Shown piece by piece: positions 1 through 11,959 of a DNA stretch of 64,000 nucleotides. The notes under the pieces are model-generated. The model made no database searches. It saw only the letters and a list, made by a program, of their open reading frames with translations, and was not told where the DNA came from. The translations under genes were made by a program, and so were the position numbers. The DNA lies in assembly GCA_013239625.1 (NCBI GenBank), contig MU053431.1:932001-996000 (forward strand), given 5' to 3'. The DNA comes from Lama guanicoe (taxonomy: Eukaryota). Positions within the stretch are counted from its first letter, which is position 1; each line of letters opens with the position of its first letter.

Positions 1-204
1 TGCGCCATCCTCCATCCCTGCCCTTGGCCGACTTTTCACAGACCCAGAGCGGAACAGGCCTCCTCTTCACTGGCAGTACTGCCCTTGCTCTGTTGAACTT
101 TCAGATGCTTTGTAGCAAAACCATGCCAGGGAGGAGGGAAGCAGACCGCTGGCACCAAGTGTGGAACAAGAGTCTGCAGAAGAGATAGAAGAGTGCGAGT
201 CCCC

Positions 205-541
205 GCCTGAAGGAGAAGACACAGTTATGTGTGTGGATGTGTATGTATCTGTATAAATGAGTCACTTTGCTGTATACCCGAATCACTGTAAATCAGCTAA
301 ACTGCAAAAAAAAAAAAAAAGTGTTAAAGAGCAAAAAACTTTAAAAATAAGTTTTTAAAAATTATTAAAAAGTGTGACTTCCCATCTGAAAGAGAATACA
401 TATTTGTGTGTATATATATATAATCTGTATAAATGAATCACATTGCTGTACATATGAATCACTACAAATCCACTATACTTCAAAAAAAATTTTTAAAGAG
501 CAAAAAATCCTTAAAAAGTAAATTTAAAAAAAGATTATGTA
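205..541 (+). mobile_element. Two tandem copies of a short cetartiodactyl L1 3' tail with A-rich ends
   Basis: ctgaa(g/a)gagaa...tgtataaatga(g/a)tcac(t/a)ttgctgta...aaatc..cta.act.caaaaaaa occurs at ~207-320 and ~386-489. It matches the 3' terminus of the L1 copy at ~34820-34916. Confidence 0.8.
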
Positions 542-766
542 AAAAGTGAGATTTCCCACGGGAAAGGAAGGTGCCAAAGTGACAGCAACACAGACAGTCA
601 GAGCGAGGTCCGCACGGACAAAGCGTCCACTTAATACCAGAGAACTGAAGCTCCACCCAGTGACATCTCAGCGGGCATGTCCCATGTTCCAAACCAGTGG
701 AGCTTCTCAGAGATGCCCGAAACTCCAACCCAGCCTGAGAATACACGCAGAACCCTGAGGGTCAAA

Positions 767-1014
767 GCTGTCCCAGCCCTGGGTTAGGCGGGCTGTGGTC
801 CTGGCCCTGGGTCAGGAGGGCTGTGGTCCCGGCCCTGGGTCAGGTGGGCTGTGGTCCCGGCCCTGGGTCAGGAGGGCTGTGGTCCCAGCCCTGGGTCAGG
901 TGGGCTGTGGTCCAGGGCCCTGGGTCAGGTGGACTGTGGTCCCGGCCCTGGGTCAGGTGGGCTGTGGTCCCGGCCCTGGGTCAGGAGGGCTGTGGTCCCG
1001 GCCCTGGGTCAGGA
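767..1014. repeat. 28-bp GC-rich minisatellite, 8 full copies plus a partial one
   Basis: Unit gggctgtggtcccggccctgggtcagg(a/t) starts at 790, 818, 846, 874, 902 (29 bp), 931, 959 and 987. A degenerate partial unit lies at 767-789. Confidence 0.97.
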
Positions 1015-4000
1015 GTCAGACTCACCAGTGGCCCGGCTCAGCTAGGAGTGAAGACAGAGGCAGCAAAGATACAGCCCCCGGGTCCTGGGCGAGAGGCCTG
1101 AGTGTGCAGCGGTGACTCCCATCCTAGCTCAGTCAAGACTTCAGAGCTGCAGCAGGAAAACTGCCCCAGAATGCGACTCAGGCCAGGGGCCCTGTATCCC
1201 AGACTCTTGTGGCAGAGGAAGGAGACTGAACTTAGCTCTGTTGGAGCAACGGTGGAGAGGGCGGGGGCACTTCTTTCAGGCCTGGGGTGAGCTAGTGGGG
1301 AGCCGTGAAGGGTGCTGGGGGAGGTGGTCATTGTGAGGAGGCCGTCTCGGCTTGCTGACTGTCACCTGTGGAAGTCAGACTCCCACCTCCCACAGAGACC
1401 GAGGTGGCCTGTCTCCTCCCAAGAGGCACTTCAGGTCCTTGATAAAGTCATTCCTGGTCTGCGGAAGATTTACATCTTGGAGGCACAGGAAGAATTTATA
1501 ATGAAAAGTTTTCTAAAGAAGATGCTCTCAGAAAAGGGAGGTCAGGGGCCCCTCGGCAGGAAGAAACTTGCCTGAAGTTTGGTCCAGCTGAGGGGACTTA
1601 CTGCCAACTTGGTCGACAGGGGAGGCATGAAGCAGGGGTTTGACCTTGAGCCCTTCTAACCCGAAGCCCAGGGCAGGGGGCCTCCCCTTAGCAATTCGTT
1701 TTCCATCTAATGCCCCTCATGAGCTTGTGGTGAAATAACAGAATCAGTGGAGATGCCACTTTCTGGGAAGCTTGCCGTGGTGGGCCCTGATGGGTGCTGG
1801 GAAGACAGTGCCGGAAGGGTGGGGTGAGCCCTGCGCGTAGAGGGGCCGTCTCACCTCAGTGCCGGAACCCCACCTTTTTTTTTAAAAAAGTTCCAGTGGG
1901 TTAGTTTCCAGGTGTGATGATTGACTATGTGATCTTACTAACCTCCACTAGGAATCCAGATTGAGTGTAAAGAGCGCGTGTTTGCAGTGCGTTCTAGGCC
2001 GTTCTAGGTGGCACGGCAAGTTAGTGCCGCCTTATAATTGCATTAAGAAAAGGCCGTCCGATGCTGGGCTGTTGACCAGAATGTGTGGCTTGTTACTACC
2101 TCTGAGGGCCCGGCCAAGACCTCAGTTTGCCTTTGCACACAGCATTTTGCCCCTGAGTAGGGAATAATACCAGAGAAGGTTAATTGATTTGGGCAATTTT
2201 GGACACAAATGGCTTCCCTGGGTCTTGGAGTCGAGGTTAGAGCAGCCAGCTGGACCACGAGGTCTCTGGGATCCGGCTTTATTAACAGTCCAATAACTAA
2301 CTTGGACGCGTCTGCTGTCCCCGGGGTGAGAAGCAATTCAATCTTCCTGCTCGCTGAGCCCGGGGCCCCTCCCGAGCCGAGGGGGCCCTCTTGCCAGTTT
2401 CTGTCGGTGGGGGATGGGGCTCGCGGTGCGCCGTGGACTCGGAGCTGTTACCAAACTAATTTTCACTGAGAACAAAGAAGCCGGCTTCAAGTCCAGGAGC
2501 CCATGAGAAGAATGGCTCTTTTATCCAGGTCATGCATTTTACATTTTCCCTGTTTAATACGCTAAGAGCCTGAAAATGTCGAGTTTGGACCCTTCACTAA
2601 GCGGGTCCTAAGAGTGTGCACAGGCCTTCAAACGTGAGTGCAAGTTTCATAAGCCTGCACGTTTAAAAGGTGTGTTTGAACAAGCCGGGTGGCCGTCAGG
2701 GGACTTCGATCAGGCACAGGGAGAGCTGGAAGGGGCAACTGCACGTGTGTTTTTCTGTCCCTCTGGGAACGAGGAAGGGGTCTGTGGGAGCGTTTGTCAG
2801 AGTCTGCGTTTTGATTATACAAGAATCACTAACCTGAGGCTTTCCAGTTTTTATCAGAGCATTCCGGAAGAATGGAATTTCTGTTGGAATTATGTATTTA
2901 AAAAAACTTTCCAGGGAGATACCATATTGGGGAGTGAGAAATGGGTATCAAGCCAAGGTTTTTTTTTTTTAAGCCTCTCCTATATTCCATCTCTATGCAA
3001 GCATGTTAAATATTTCCTAGCAAAATGTACTTACTGGTGATAATGAAGTTACCTTTTGGTTGTCTTAGAAATGCTTATACTCGGCACAGGGCGGCCTGCC
3101 TGCTGGATGCACGTGGCATCTCCCTGTAAGTCGTGTGTACGGACTGATTTTACACAGACACAGCTAAACGCATCTGAAGGAATTACGTCTGGGCAGACGT
3201 TTTATTAAATTGTTGTCAGTCTGAAGGTAAATGGCTGTACCTTAATTTTGAATGTTTATCTCCTGGTTGTGGTTTTTGTCAATTCTTGCAAATTTTTAAC
3301 TTGATTTTTATGTGTGAGCAAGACTCACGCTTGCAGTTTACTTTCGGTTTTGACTTCAGGGAATTCTTGGAAACTACAAACCAGAATAACAGATTCTCAA
3401 ATCTGGTGTGTTTGTTCATGAGGTAGAGAATACGGCCTTTTTCATTTTCTTTCTTTCTCTCTCTTTTGTTTTGGACATTGGACAGATGTTGACTTTCTTA
3501 CGTTCTCCAATTTCCAAATGACCTTGCCTGCGTGGGTTCGCTGATGAGGAAAGCATTTTATCTGTGATAGCTGGAAAGCAGGATCAGCTCTTGCCTTGGG
3601 CCAGTCTTTAATTTGCAGAATGCATTCCCTGGAGCTCAGCCTGTGGACGGCGTATCACGCGCTCCCGGCCACCAGAGGAGATGTGAATTTCCATTTTATT
3701 TCTCTCTCTGGCCTGTACCCCCATAACAGCCGGCTGCAAATGTAAAGATTCGGCCAGGTACTTGCAAAGAACCAAGCAGAGTTTATAATCATGCAGGCCC
3801 AAACATCAGTTTGATTCAAATGATTTTTTTAAGCTTCTCTCCAGATGTTTGACAATATGTGAACACAGCTGGATTATCTCCACCAAAGTAGTTGATTTTG
3901 CTACAGTCCTAGCAGATAACATTTTGTCCCCTTGCTTGCTTGCTTTTTTTTTTTTCCTTTTAAAATATGGCTAAGAAGGGGAAAGGCTAGACCACAGTTA

Positions 4001-4837
4001 CAACCAGAGAGCAAACGAGCGCATCATATGACAGATGCGCCGGTGCCGCCCCAGAATCACCCCAAGTTCACAGGCACAAGGCTGCCGCATCCTGACCACA
4101 GAGACGGCGAGCTGAGAACTAACCCCACCGAAGAGGCCGGGCTCGGGTGGCTAACCAGACTTGTTCCTAATGGTTCTGAAAACATTGATCCAAGTCTGAA
4201 CTTCCCAAATCTACTCCCTTTTTTCCACCCAAGCAATGACATTCTCAGTGATTGCAGGTGCTTGCGGGTGAGGACTCTGCACCAGGTTCCTCGCTAAACT
4301 GTTGCGCGGTTACTTCTGTTCATCCCCAAAACTGGCCTCTGGGGAAGCTGGACTCCTCTCTAGTTCGTGGGCGAGGAAGCTGGCCTCAGGCATGGGTCCC
4401 AGCGTGTGCCCAAGGTCACAGTCCCTTTGTTACGGATTCTCAAGGCCACCAGTTTACCTAAACCAAGCCCAAGCTGCACCAGCGAAGGGCGCCTCAGACG
4501 TCGTAACTCGCTCCGCTGACGTTTGTTAAGTGTGTACTGAGCACCGGGTTTCCTTATCGCTGGTTCTTTTTGAAAGTTTGCGTTGTAAGTTCTCAGTCCT
4601 CCACGCTTTCAGTTCTTTCCGGGGCTCTGTGGCCAGTCCTCTGAAACATAGTCTTGAACATGATAAGAGTGAGATAAGAAATGCGGACCTGGCCCTCACT
4701 GTTTGAGCTGCCATGACAGATCCCGCACTGGGAGCCCCGAGAGCGGGCAGCCTTCTCCCGGGGTGTGTGAAGACAGACCCTCCCGCAGCCGTGCCTGCCC
4801 CCAGTGGTATCTGGGTCTCTGTGGAGCTGGACGGCTA

Positions 4838-5368
4838 TGCGGTTACAGAGGACAGTCCACGAGACCACCTCACTTCAGACACCAACTGCAGAGCCTGGGG
4901 CCCCCCAGGACTACCCACAGGCTGGACCGTTTGCTCGAAGAACTCACAGAACTCACTCTTATACCCATGGGTACAGTTTCTAACCTCGAAAGGACAGAGA
5001 TTAAAATCAGTGGGGGGAGGAGACTCGTGGGTGGGGCCCAGGAGGGAAGCGAGGGCGTGGTTTCCACTGGGGTCTCTCCACGGAGGCGGGACAGTGCTGC
5101 CCTCCCAGCCTCAGTGAGTGATGGCACGTTGCCCAGAGCACTGACGTGGGTTCCACCACGCGGGTGCAGAACTGACCGCCCACGCGGCCGACATCCCCTC
5201 CAGCCCCTCTGGGGGGGGCTGGCCGCACGTGACCCAAAGCCCCCATCTACCTGCAGGGCTACTCTCTGGCTAGTCCAGGGTCCCCAGGCAGAGAAGGGCT
5301 CCTGTCGGCAGGGGTCCCCGGAGCCTCGGGCCAGACCGCTCCTGGTCGGGCTGGCAGCTTACTACGCA
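4838..5368 (-). mobile_element. MER21C/MER77-like ERVL LTR, degraded
   Basis: Diagnostic motifs: ctcacttcagacaccaactgca, ctcacagaactca, agattaaaatcag, ctgaccgcccacg..gccgac..ctccagcccct, cccaaagccccca and terminal ttactacgca. Confidence 0.7.
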
Positions 5369-6472
5369 GCTTGACCGTCAGAGTCGCTGGAAGGCTTCTG
5401 CCGTCCTGACTCCTGCCGCTTCCCCAGAGGCCATCATTTCGCCGGAGCTTGTTGTGGTTGGTCCTGTTAAGTCTACAACATTCACTGACGAATCTCTTTA
5501 GCAACCAATACAGTCGGTTTCTGTCTTCTCAGTAAGCAGAACTGAATATACATGTCTGCTTTGTGCCCAAATATGAATCATCGATTCTCCTTTTGCTAAA
5601 AAAGAGACTTAGCTAGTTCCCCACAGAATTAGATTGCGTGCTGAAACTTTGTTTTTACTTAATTCTCTTCCAGTTAAAAAGTAGGCTGTACCGCTGGTGA
5701 GCTGCACCTGGCAGCGTGCCTGGTAGCGGGTTGACAGCGGGCCCTGAGCTCTCGGGACAGGACAGGAGCGTTTGCCGATTCCTGGGGTGTCATTTTGTGG
5801 TCCGTCTCAAGCTGCAGTGCAACATTACGGGCCGTGGAGCTGAGGAGGGATGAGAGCAGTGCACCGTCACGTGGTGCCTCTGCCCTTGGCTACGACGGAC
5901 CTAACTCACCTCAGCAGCATCGATATTAGTAGAAAGTAGTAAAATTATTCCAAACTGGGAGATTTTGAATATTCATTACCTCTGTTTTAATATAATTGTT
6001 AATTATGAATTTATACAATTTAATTTTTAACAGCGGCAGTGTTCAGCCGCAGGCTGACAACTTTTCTAAGTATTTTACCAAGGGCTCTGTCAGGCTACAG
6101 GAGCCGGCTGCGTCCAGCTGGCCACGCCCCGCGCAGGGCGCCGTGGCCGGGGAGCTAGTGCGCCCTCCTGCGAAGAGCCCCGTGTCTCCCTGCCAAGAGC
6201 CCTGTGTTTCCCTGCATCCCAGTGTTGTTTTCTCCACCCTCGGGCTTTGTTTCCAGAAATAAGCCACTTTGGGAGCTCACGCTTTAACCAGGAGGCACGG
6301 GAACTTAACTTGCAAGCAGAAAGTTGAACTTCCGGTTCATTTAGCTGATTGCTTGTAGTTCTCGGTTCTGTGCACTTGTAATAAAACACGTTGTGGGGGA
6401 AAGTCCACCACATCTGTATGACTTTGTTGAAGCAACTTTAATAAGGCAGTGAGCACAGAATATCGAACACAG

Positions 6473-6500
6473 GCGCGCGCGCGCGCACACACACACACAC
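6473..6500. repeat. (GC)7(AC)7 compound microsatellite
   Basis: gcgcgcgcgcgcgcacacacacacacac is directly visible. Confidence 0.95.
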
Positions 6501-8113
6501 CCCTCTTTTCACATCTGTGTTTGGGAGTCGGCTCTAAATGCATTTTCCCCTCTCCTCTTTCCCTGGACACCAGCTCCTGTTTCTGTGGTGCCTCTTCTGG
6601 CCTCTGTTGTAAAAAGGCACCACAGAATATGACACCACCCCGGTTCTCTGTAAAGATCCAGGCTGTCTTGCTGAGGGCCACAGAGGATGAGTTTTAAACG
6701 TCCTCCACTTTCCGGGTCTTTAGAAAGCACCCATTCGGTGAGATGCTCTATTGTGATGGAATAGTACGTTATTATTGGTGTTCCTTGATACAAAAGGAAC
6801 GCGGTGCCTTCGGGGTTGTAAATACTATTGATTCACAGAGGTTGGGAGAGAGACAGCAATATTTTTTAGATTATTAAGGAGGCTTGTCTTACCAAGATTG
6901 GAAGAGAGATGAGTTTTGTAATCACTGTGCCCTGGGTGACTTGGTGAAGCAATCAAGCCCTCTCTTTAAGGCATAATTATGATTGCTTCCAACATTCTCT
7001 TTTCTGGAAATATCCTTTTTTTTTCCCTTTTTACTTTCTTTTGCTACTGCCTGGGGCATTTTTATATGTTCTATTAAGAATATTCCTGCTGTGGCAGATG
7101 CTGCCAGCAAATCCTCTGGAGCAGTCTGCTGTGTCTGCCTTGGATGAGATTTTATAGCATTATTGAGCATTTCAGAATGTCATATCAGGACTGCGTGCTG
7201 CAGGGTTTGGTTGTAAACTTAGGGTTTTTCGCTGTCCTTTTAGAAACATGCTTCCTAATATAATTTATTTCCAGCATCTCTGAAAATATTAAAATTCCCA
7301 AAGCAAATAAACCACAAGCAATGTCTTCCTATTCACTTCTGATTTGTGATGCCTTTTGATTATCACAGCCCTCACATAATTAATGACGTGCTTTGAGAAG
7401 CCAGCAGTCTATAAACCAGCTGCAGGATCCACTGCGCAAAGGGGGCGTGTGTGCTGTGGGGCCAACGTCGCAAGCCGCTCCTTCTCCCGATGCCTCTGAG
7501 CACGGGACTAAAACACACGCGTTGAAATGTGGTCGTGTCTGCTGACTTCACATCTGGAGAGAGAATTTGGCTGAACCCCCGGGATGGAATTTCAAAGTGC
7601 CCTCCACCCCCACCCCCGAGTCTCCTTCAGGCTCAGCTGTCTTCCAATGAGTGCCCAGAACTGAAATTCTGTTTCACCAAAAAAAAAAAAAAAACTTTGC
7701 CCAGAAACGCCGTTGTTCTGAATTGCAGCCTTCAAAGGCTGGCCCCCAGCCCCGTCCCTGCCTTCCGTCCCGGTAGGATTTGTGTCTCCCTCCCTCCCTC
7801 TCACCTGCCCCCACAGCCGTGGGTGCCGACAGGCCTGGACTCTGGGACTGAGCCTCACGCCTCACCGTAGTCCACCCTGCTGCCTCCATGGGGGCCTCTA
7901 AATGTTTGTGCAATTGCCATTTCATCACAGACTGCAAATGAACGCCACGCGTGAGATAAATTTACAGAATGTAGGTGTACTGGTTTTGCAAGAACTCTTC
8001 CTTTGGCAATGTGGTTTTGCATCTGCCTGTGAGTACTGTAGCCAAAGACAGAATTCCAGGTATTCTCAGAATCTGCCCCAGAGCTGAACATTGTCTGGGC
8101 GAGAGCGAGCCTT

Positions 8114-8760
8114 TTTTAATTGAAGTGTGGTCGGTGTACAGTGTTGTGTTAGCTTCTGGTGCCCAGCACAGTGATTCAGTTGCACATGTATATCCCTTGC
8201 CTTATTCTTTTCCATTGTAGGTTATCACAAGACATTGAATATAGTTCCCCGTGCTGTGCAGTAGGTCTCTGTGTTTCTCTCTTTTATATATGGTAGTGTG
8301 CATCTGCAAATCCCAAACTCCCAGTTTATCCCTTCCCACCCCTTTTACCCCTGGTAACCATAAGTTTGTTTTCTGTCTGTGAGTCTGTTCCTGTTTTGTA
8401 AATAAGTTCATTTGTGTCTTTTTTTTTTAAGATTCCACATATCAGTGATGTCATAGGAATTTTTCTTTCTCTGTCTGACTTACTTCACTTAGAATGATGA
8501 TCTCCAGGTCCATCCATGTTGCTACAAATGGCATTATTGTATTCTTTTTTATGGCTGAGTAGTATTCCATTGTATAAATATACCACAGCTTCTTTATCCA
8601 GTCATGTGTTGATGGACATTTAGGTTGTTTCCCTGTCTTGGCTGTTGTATATAGTACTGCTGTGAACACTGGGATGCAGGTGTCTTTTTGAATTAGAGCT
8701 TCCTCTGGATATACGCCCAGGAGGGGGATTGCTAGACCATATGGTAATTCTGTTTTTAGT
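8114..8760 (-). mobile_element. 5'-truncated lineage L1 (ORF2 C-terminus + 3' UTR) with ~13-bp TSD
   Basis: ORF 8451-8669 gives ...KQPKCPSTHDWIKKLWYIYTMEYYSAIKKN..MPFVATWMDLEIIILSEVSQ, the L1 ORF2 end. Flanks gagagcgagcctt (8101-8113) and gagagtgcgcctt (8761-8773). Confidence 0.95.
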
Positions 8761-9279
8761 GAGAGTGCGCCTTAATGACAGAAGGGATCTGGGTGTGTCA
8801 CCACTGAACAGTAGTACTGACAGCATTATTGGATGGACAATGAGACTACTAATAATAGTAATAAAAACACCAGACGTGCTGTTTCTGATTAATGGGTCTT
8901 TGCTGGAATATTAATCAGAGTTAAAAAACAACCACACGATTTTCATGTGAAATATAATTTCAACTTGTGGGTTAACATTTTGTTGGCATCTCTTTGAGTT
9001 CTTATTCCACAAATGTTTTGTTAGTTTCAGTCCTGTGTGGAGCCTTGAAATAGGAAGAATGCCAGGAAAGTGTGAAGATACGGCTCCTGGTTTCTGTCCT
9101 TGGGAAGACAGAAGTCAGAGTGAAAATTCGCAGAACATTCATTGCCTGCCAGACTGATCTAGGAGGGGTGTGTGTGTGTGTGTTCTGAACATATGCTCTA
9201 AACATAGAGGTGTGTATATGGTTTTTCTAAACATAGACATGACACATGTGTTTATATATACAAATTTATACCATAAAGA

Positions 9280-9385
9280 TTTAATTCTCACTGCCACACC
9301 ATGGGTTATGTTCCATAACTGTCCCCATTTTACAGCTGAGGAAGCTGAGGCTCGGAGATACAGTAACCTGGACAGTGAGACTTGG
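9280..9385 (-). mobile_element. MIR SINE fragment
   Basis: Core motif ccccattttacagctgaggaagctgaggctcggaga..agtaacctgg. Confidence 0.8.
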
Positions 9386-9825
9386 ACGGTGAGGGACTCC
9401 TCAGCCCACCCTCCCAGTACCAGCTCTGCACAAACACAAATTTTGTCAGAGTAGCTCTGTTGTGATGCTGGGGACGTAGCCTGGGTTCCACGGGGTTCAA
9501 AGCAGAGCGTGAGAGGAAGCAGGTGCCCGAAGCTGCTGGGAGGAGGACAGGAGAGGACGGCGGTGGAGGCAGCTGTGCCAGCGACAGGTGCTTGTGAGAA
9601 CTGTGCTGAGCAACAGCAGGAATGAAGTGAGTGGGCGCGGGAGGGCAGGCGTGTCAGGGACGGCATCCTCGGGACGGACGAGAGGAGGAATGCGCTTCAG
9701 AGAGCAGGAAGGTCTGCCCTGTCCCGAGGCCGAGGGAGTGAAGGGAGGCAGGGGAACCCGGCAGGCGAGAGACCCACGCCCTACCCTGGGCAGAGCCTCC
9801 ACCCCACCTGCACTCACCTCAGCCA

Positions 9826-10025
9826 CTAGGCCTGCACTGCCCCACACGGGAGCCTTGAGCCCCACTTAGATCGCAATTAACTCAAGCGCAGTACAGTAAG
9901 CGGCCAGTTCCTCAGTGACACTAGCCACTCTTCAGGTGCTCAGTCCCACAGGTGGCTACCGTACTGGACAAGGCAGATACGGAACAGCCCCATCGCCAAA
10001 GAAATTGCCTCTGGACCCAGCGTTG
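9826..10025 (-). mobile_element. MER3 hAT-Charlie DNA transposon
   Basis: cagttcctcagtgacactagccac..caggtgctca..ggtggctaccgtactggaca..gcagatacggaaca matches the MER3 reverse strand. Confidence 0.8.
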
Positions 10026-10137
10026 GCCTGTTTTCTTTCATTTTTCAAGAGGCCTCAGAAAGAAGAATGCTGGAGGGAAGGCAGTTAGATCGAATGCGCA
10101 TCACTTGGGGAAATGTTTCTGATATAAAAGCAGGATT

Positions 10138-10825
10138 CCCAGCAGTCACACGCCTTGGTATTTACTCAAAGGAGTTAAAACGTGTGTCCACGCAAAAACC
10201 TGCATATGGGTGTTTATGGCAACTTTATTCACAATCGCTGAAAGTTGGAAGCAACCAAGATATTGTTCATTAAATGATGGATAAATAAACAGTGGTCCAG
10301 CCAGGCAGTGGAATATTACTGAGCACTAAAAAGAAACGAGCTATCAAGTCATGAAAAGACATGCAGGAACCTTAAATGCATACTGAGTGAAAGAAACCAG
10401 TCTGAAAAGGCGACAGAGGTTGTGGTTCCAACTGTAAGACATTCTGGAAAAGACAAGACTATGGAGACAGAGGCTGGGGGTGGGGGGTGAACGAGTGGAG
10501 CACAGGGGACTTTTAGGGCAGAGGAACTGCTCTGTGTGATACTGCAGTGAGGGACACAATCACTACACATTTATCCAAACCCACAGAACAGACCCCAAGG
10601 GTGGCTCCCAGTGTGAAGTGTGGACATTGGTGATGATGTGTCAGCGCAGGTTCATCAGTTGTAAGAAACATCCCCTCTGCTGGGGGACGACGTGGGTAAT
10701 GGCCAAGGCTGTGCGTGGTGGGCAGGGGGCAGGGGGGCAGGAGGCGGAGGGGAAATTTGTACCTTCAGCTCAATTTTGCTCTGAACCTAAAGCTTCTCTA
10801 AAAAAATAAAGTCTATTACAAAAAT
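10138..10825 (+). mobile_element. L1MC1-like 3' fragment with residual TSD
   Basis: ggtatttactcaaaggagttaaaac...gagctatcaagtcatgaaaagacatg..ggaaccttaaatgcata...caattttgctctgaacctaaa..ctctaaaaaaataaagtctatt. Flanks aaaagcaggatt (10126-10137) and aaaaacaggatt (10826-10837). Confidence 0.85.
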
Positions 10826-11263
10826 AAAAACAGGATTTCAAGTTCGGCACTTCCAAGTTGACCCTCACCTGATCTTTTAAGATCTGCTGGAGACTTTGGG
10901 GGTGGAACTGAGGAGAGGGATTTGCGCGGATTGGCAGGCTGACCCGGTGCCTCTATTTCAGCCATCAGCCTCCTCCCTCAGCGGGTCCCACGCTGCCTGC
11001 ATTTAGCACGCAGGAAACCCCTTCCCAAAACAACCGCGGGGGAAGCTTGGCGAGCCCGGCGTGCCCGGAGAGCGCCTGGGGAGGGGGGGTTGGAGCTGTT
11101 GTCTGCACCACGGCAAGAAGTCCGGGCAGCCAGGCCAGGGATGGGTGTTTGTCCTCAAAACGAGTTACCAAGTCGCCCTTGGTTTGGGGACAGTGGTGGA
11201 CACACTGGAGTGATGGGTACTCCACTCTGTCTCAACTGTGACCACAGAAGATCTGGTTTCTTG

Positions 11264-11628
11264 TGTCTTAGTCTGTTCAGGCTGCTATAACAGAACACCC
11301 TAGACTGGGGGCTCAAACAGCAGACAGTCACTTCACACAGGCCCGAAGGCTGGGAAGTCCAAGGCCAAGGTGCCGGTGGATTCGGTTTCCTGGTGAGAGC
11401 TGTCTTCCTGGCTTGCAGAAGGCCACACTCTGGCTGTGTTCTCACGAAGGAGACACAGGAAGCTCTGGTGACTCTTCCTCTTCTTGTAAGGACACCAATC
11501 CCATCATGAGGGCACCCCTCATGACCTCATCTAAACTGAATTACCTCCCAAAGGCCCACCTCCAAATACCACTGGGGTTAGGGCTTCAGCGTGTGGATTT
11601 GTGGGGATGCACATTTAAGTCCATAGCA
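11264..11628 (-). mobile_element. MLT1A/MLT1A0 MaLR solo LTR, near full length
   Basis: tgtcttagtctgttcaggctgctataac...ggctgggaagtccaagg...aaggacaccaatcccatcatgaggg...atgacctcatctaa...ccatagca, with TG...CA termini, ~365 bp. Confidence 0.92.
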
Positions 11629-11754
11629 GTGTGAGTGACGGGTACCCGGGGAGGAATCCAGCTGCCATCCAGCAGGCGATCCAGGTGTGACGTAACGTAC
11701 ACGTTGTTACTGTTCACCAGGACGTGCACGTGGCCTGCAGCAAGTGTACGGCAC

Positions 11755-11920
11755 TGCATCAGACATTTCCTAAGCGCCCGGTGTGCGCTGGGCGCCGTGT
11801 TTCTGCTGAGGATACAAACTGAGTATGTGTTACTTTCCTCTACTCAGGAGTCAAAGACGAGAATGCAGCAGACATGGAAGCAGGAAAGCACTGTGAAGTG
11901 ATAAGTGCATAACGGAGATA
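11755..11920 (-). mobile_element. L2 3' end fragment
   Basis: acatttcctaagcgcccggtgtgcgctgggcgccgtg...gaggataca resembles the L2 3' terminus on the reverse strand. Confidence 0.45.
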
Positions 11921-11959
11921 AACTGTTTCACCTACCACTTAACAGAGATAAAACTGGAA

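Noticed and set aside
781..788. gggttagg as a telomeric repeat
   Set aside because: It is a single partial unit, a variant of the minisatellite's gggtcagg.
767..1014. 28-bp repeat array as a CRISPR array
   Set aside because: The units are head-to-tail with no unique spacers, the context is eukaryotic, and there are no cas genes.
795..1115. Repetitive Gly/Pro-rich ORFs in three frames
   Set aside because: They are translations of the stop-free minisatellite.
4703..5374. 223-aa ORF
   Set aside because: It runs through a degraded MER21-like LTR and resembles no known protein.
8451..8669. L1 ORF2/ORF1-like peptides (also 12066, 23714, 30665, 34109, 34372) as genes
   Set aside because: They are truncated, frameshifted retrotransposon remnants, with no intact L1 or domesticated ORF.
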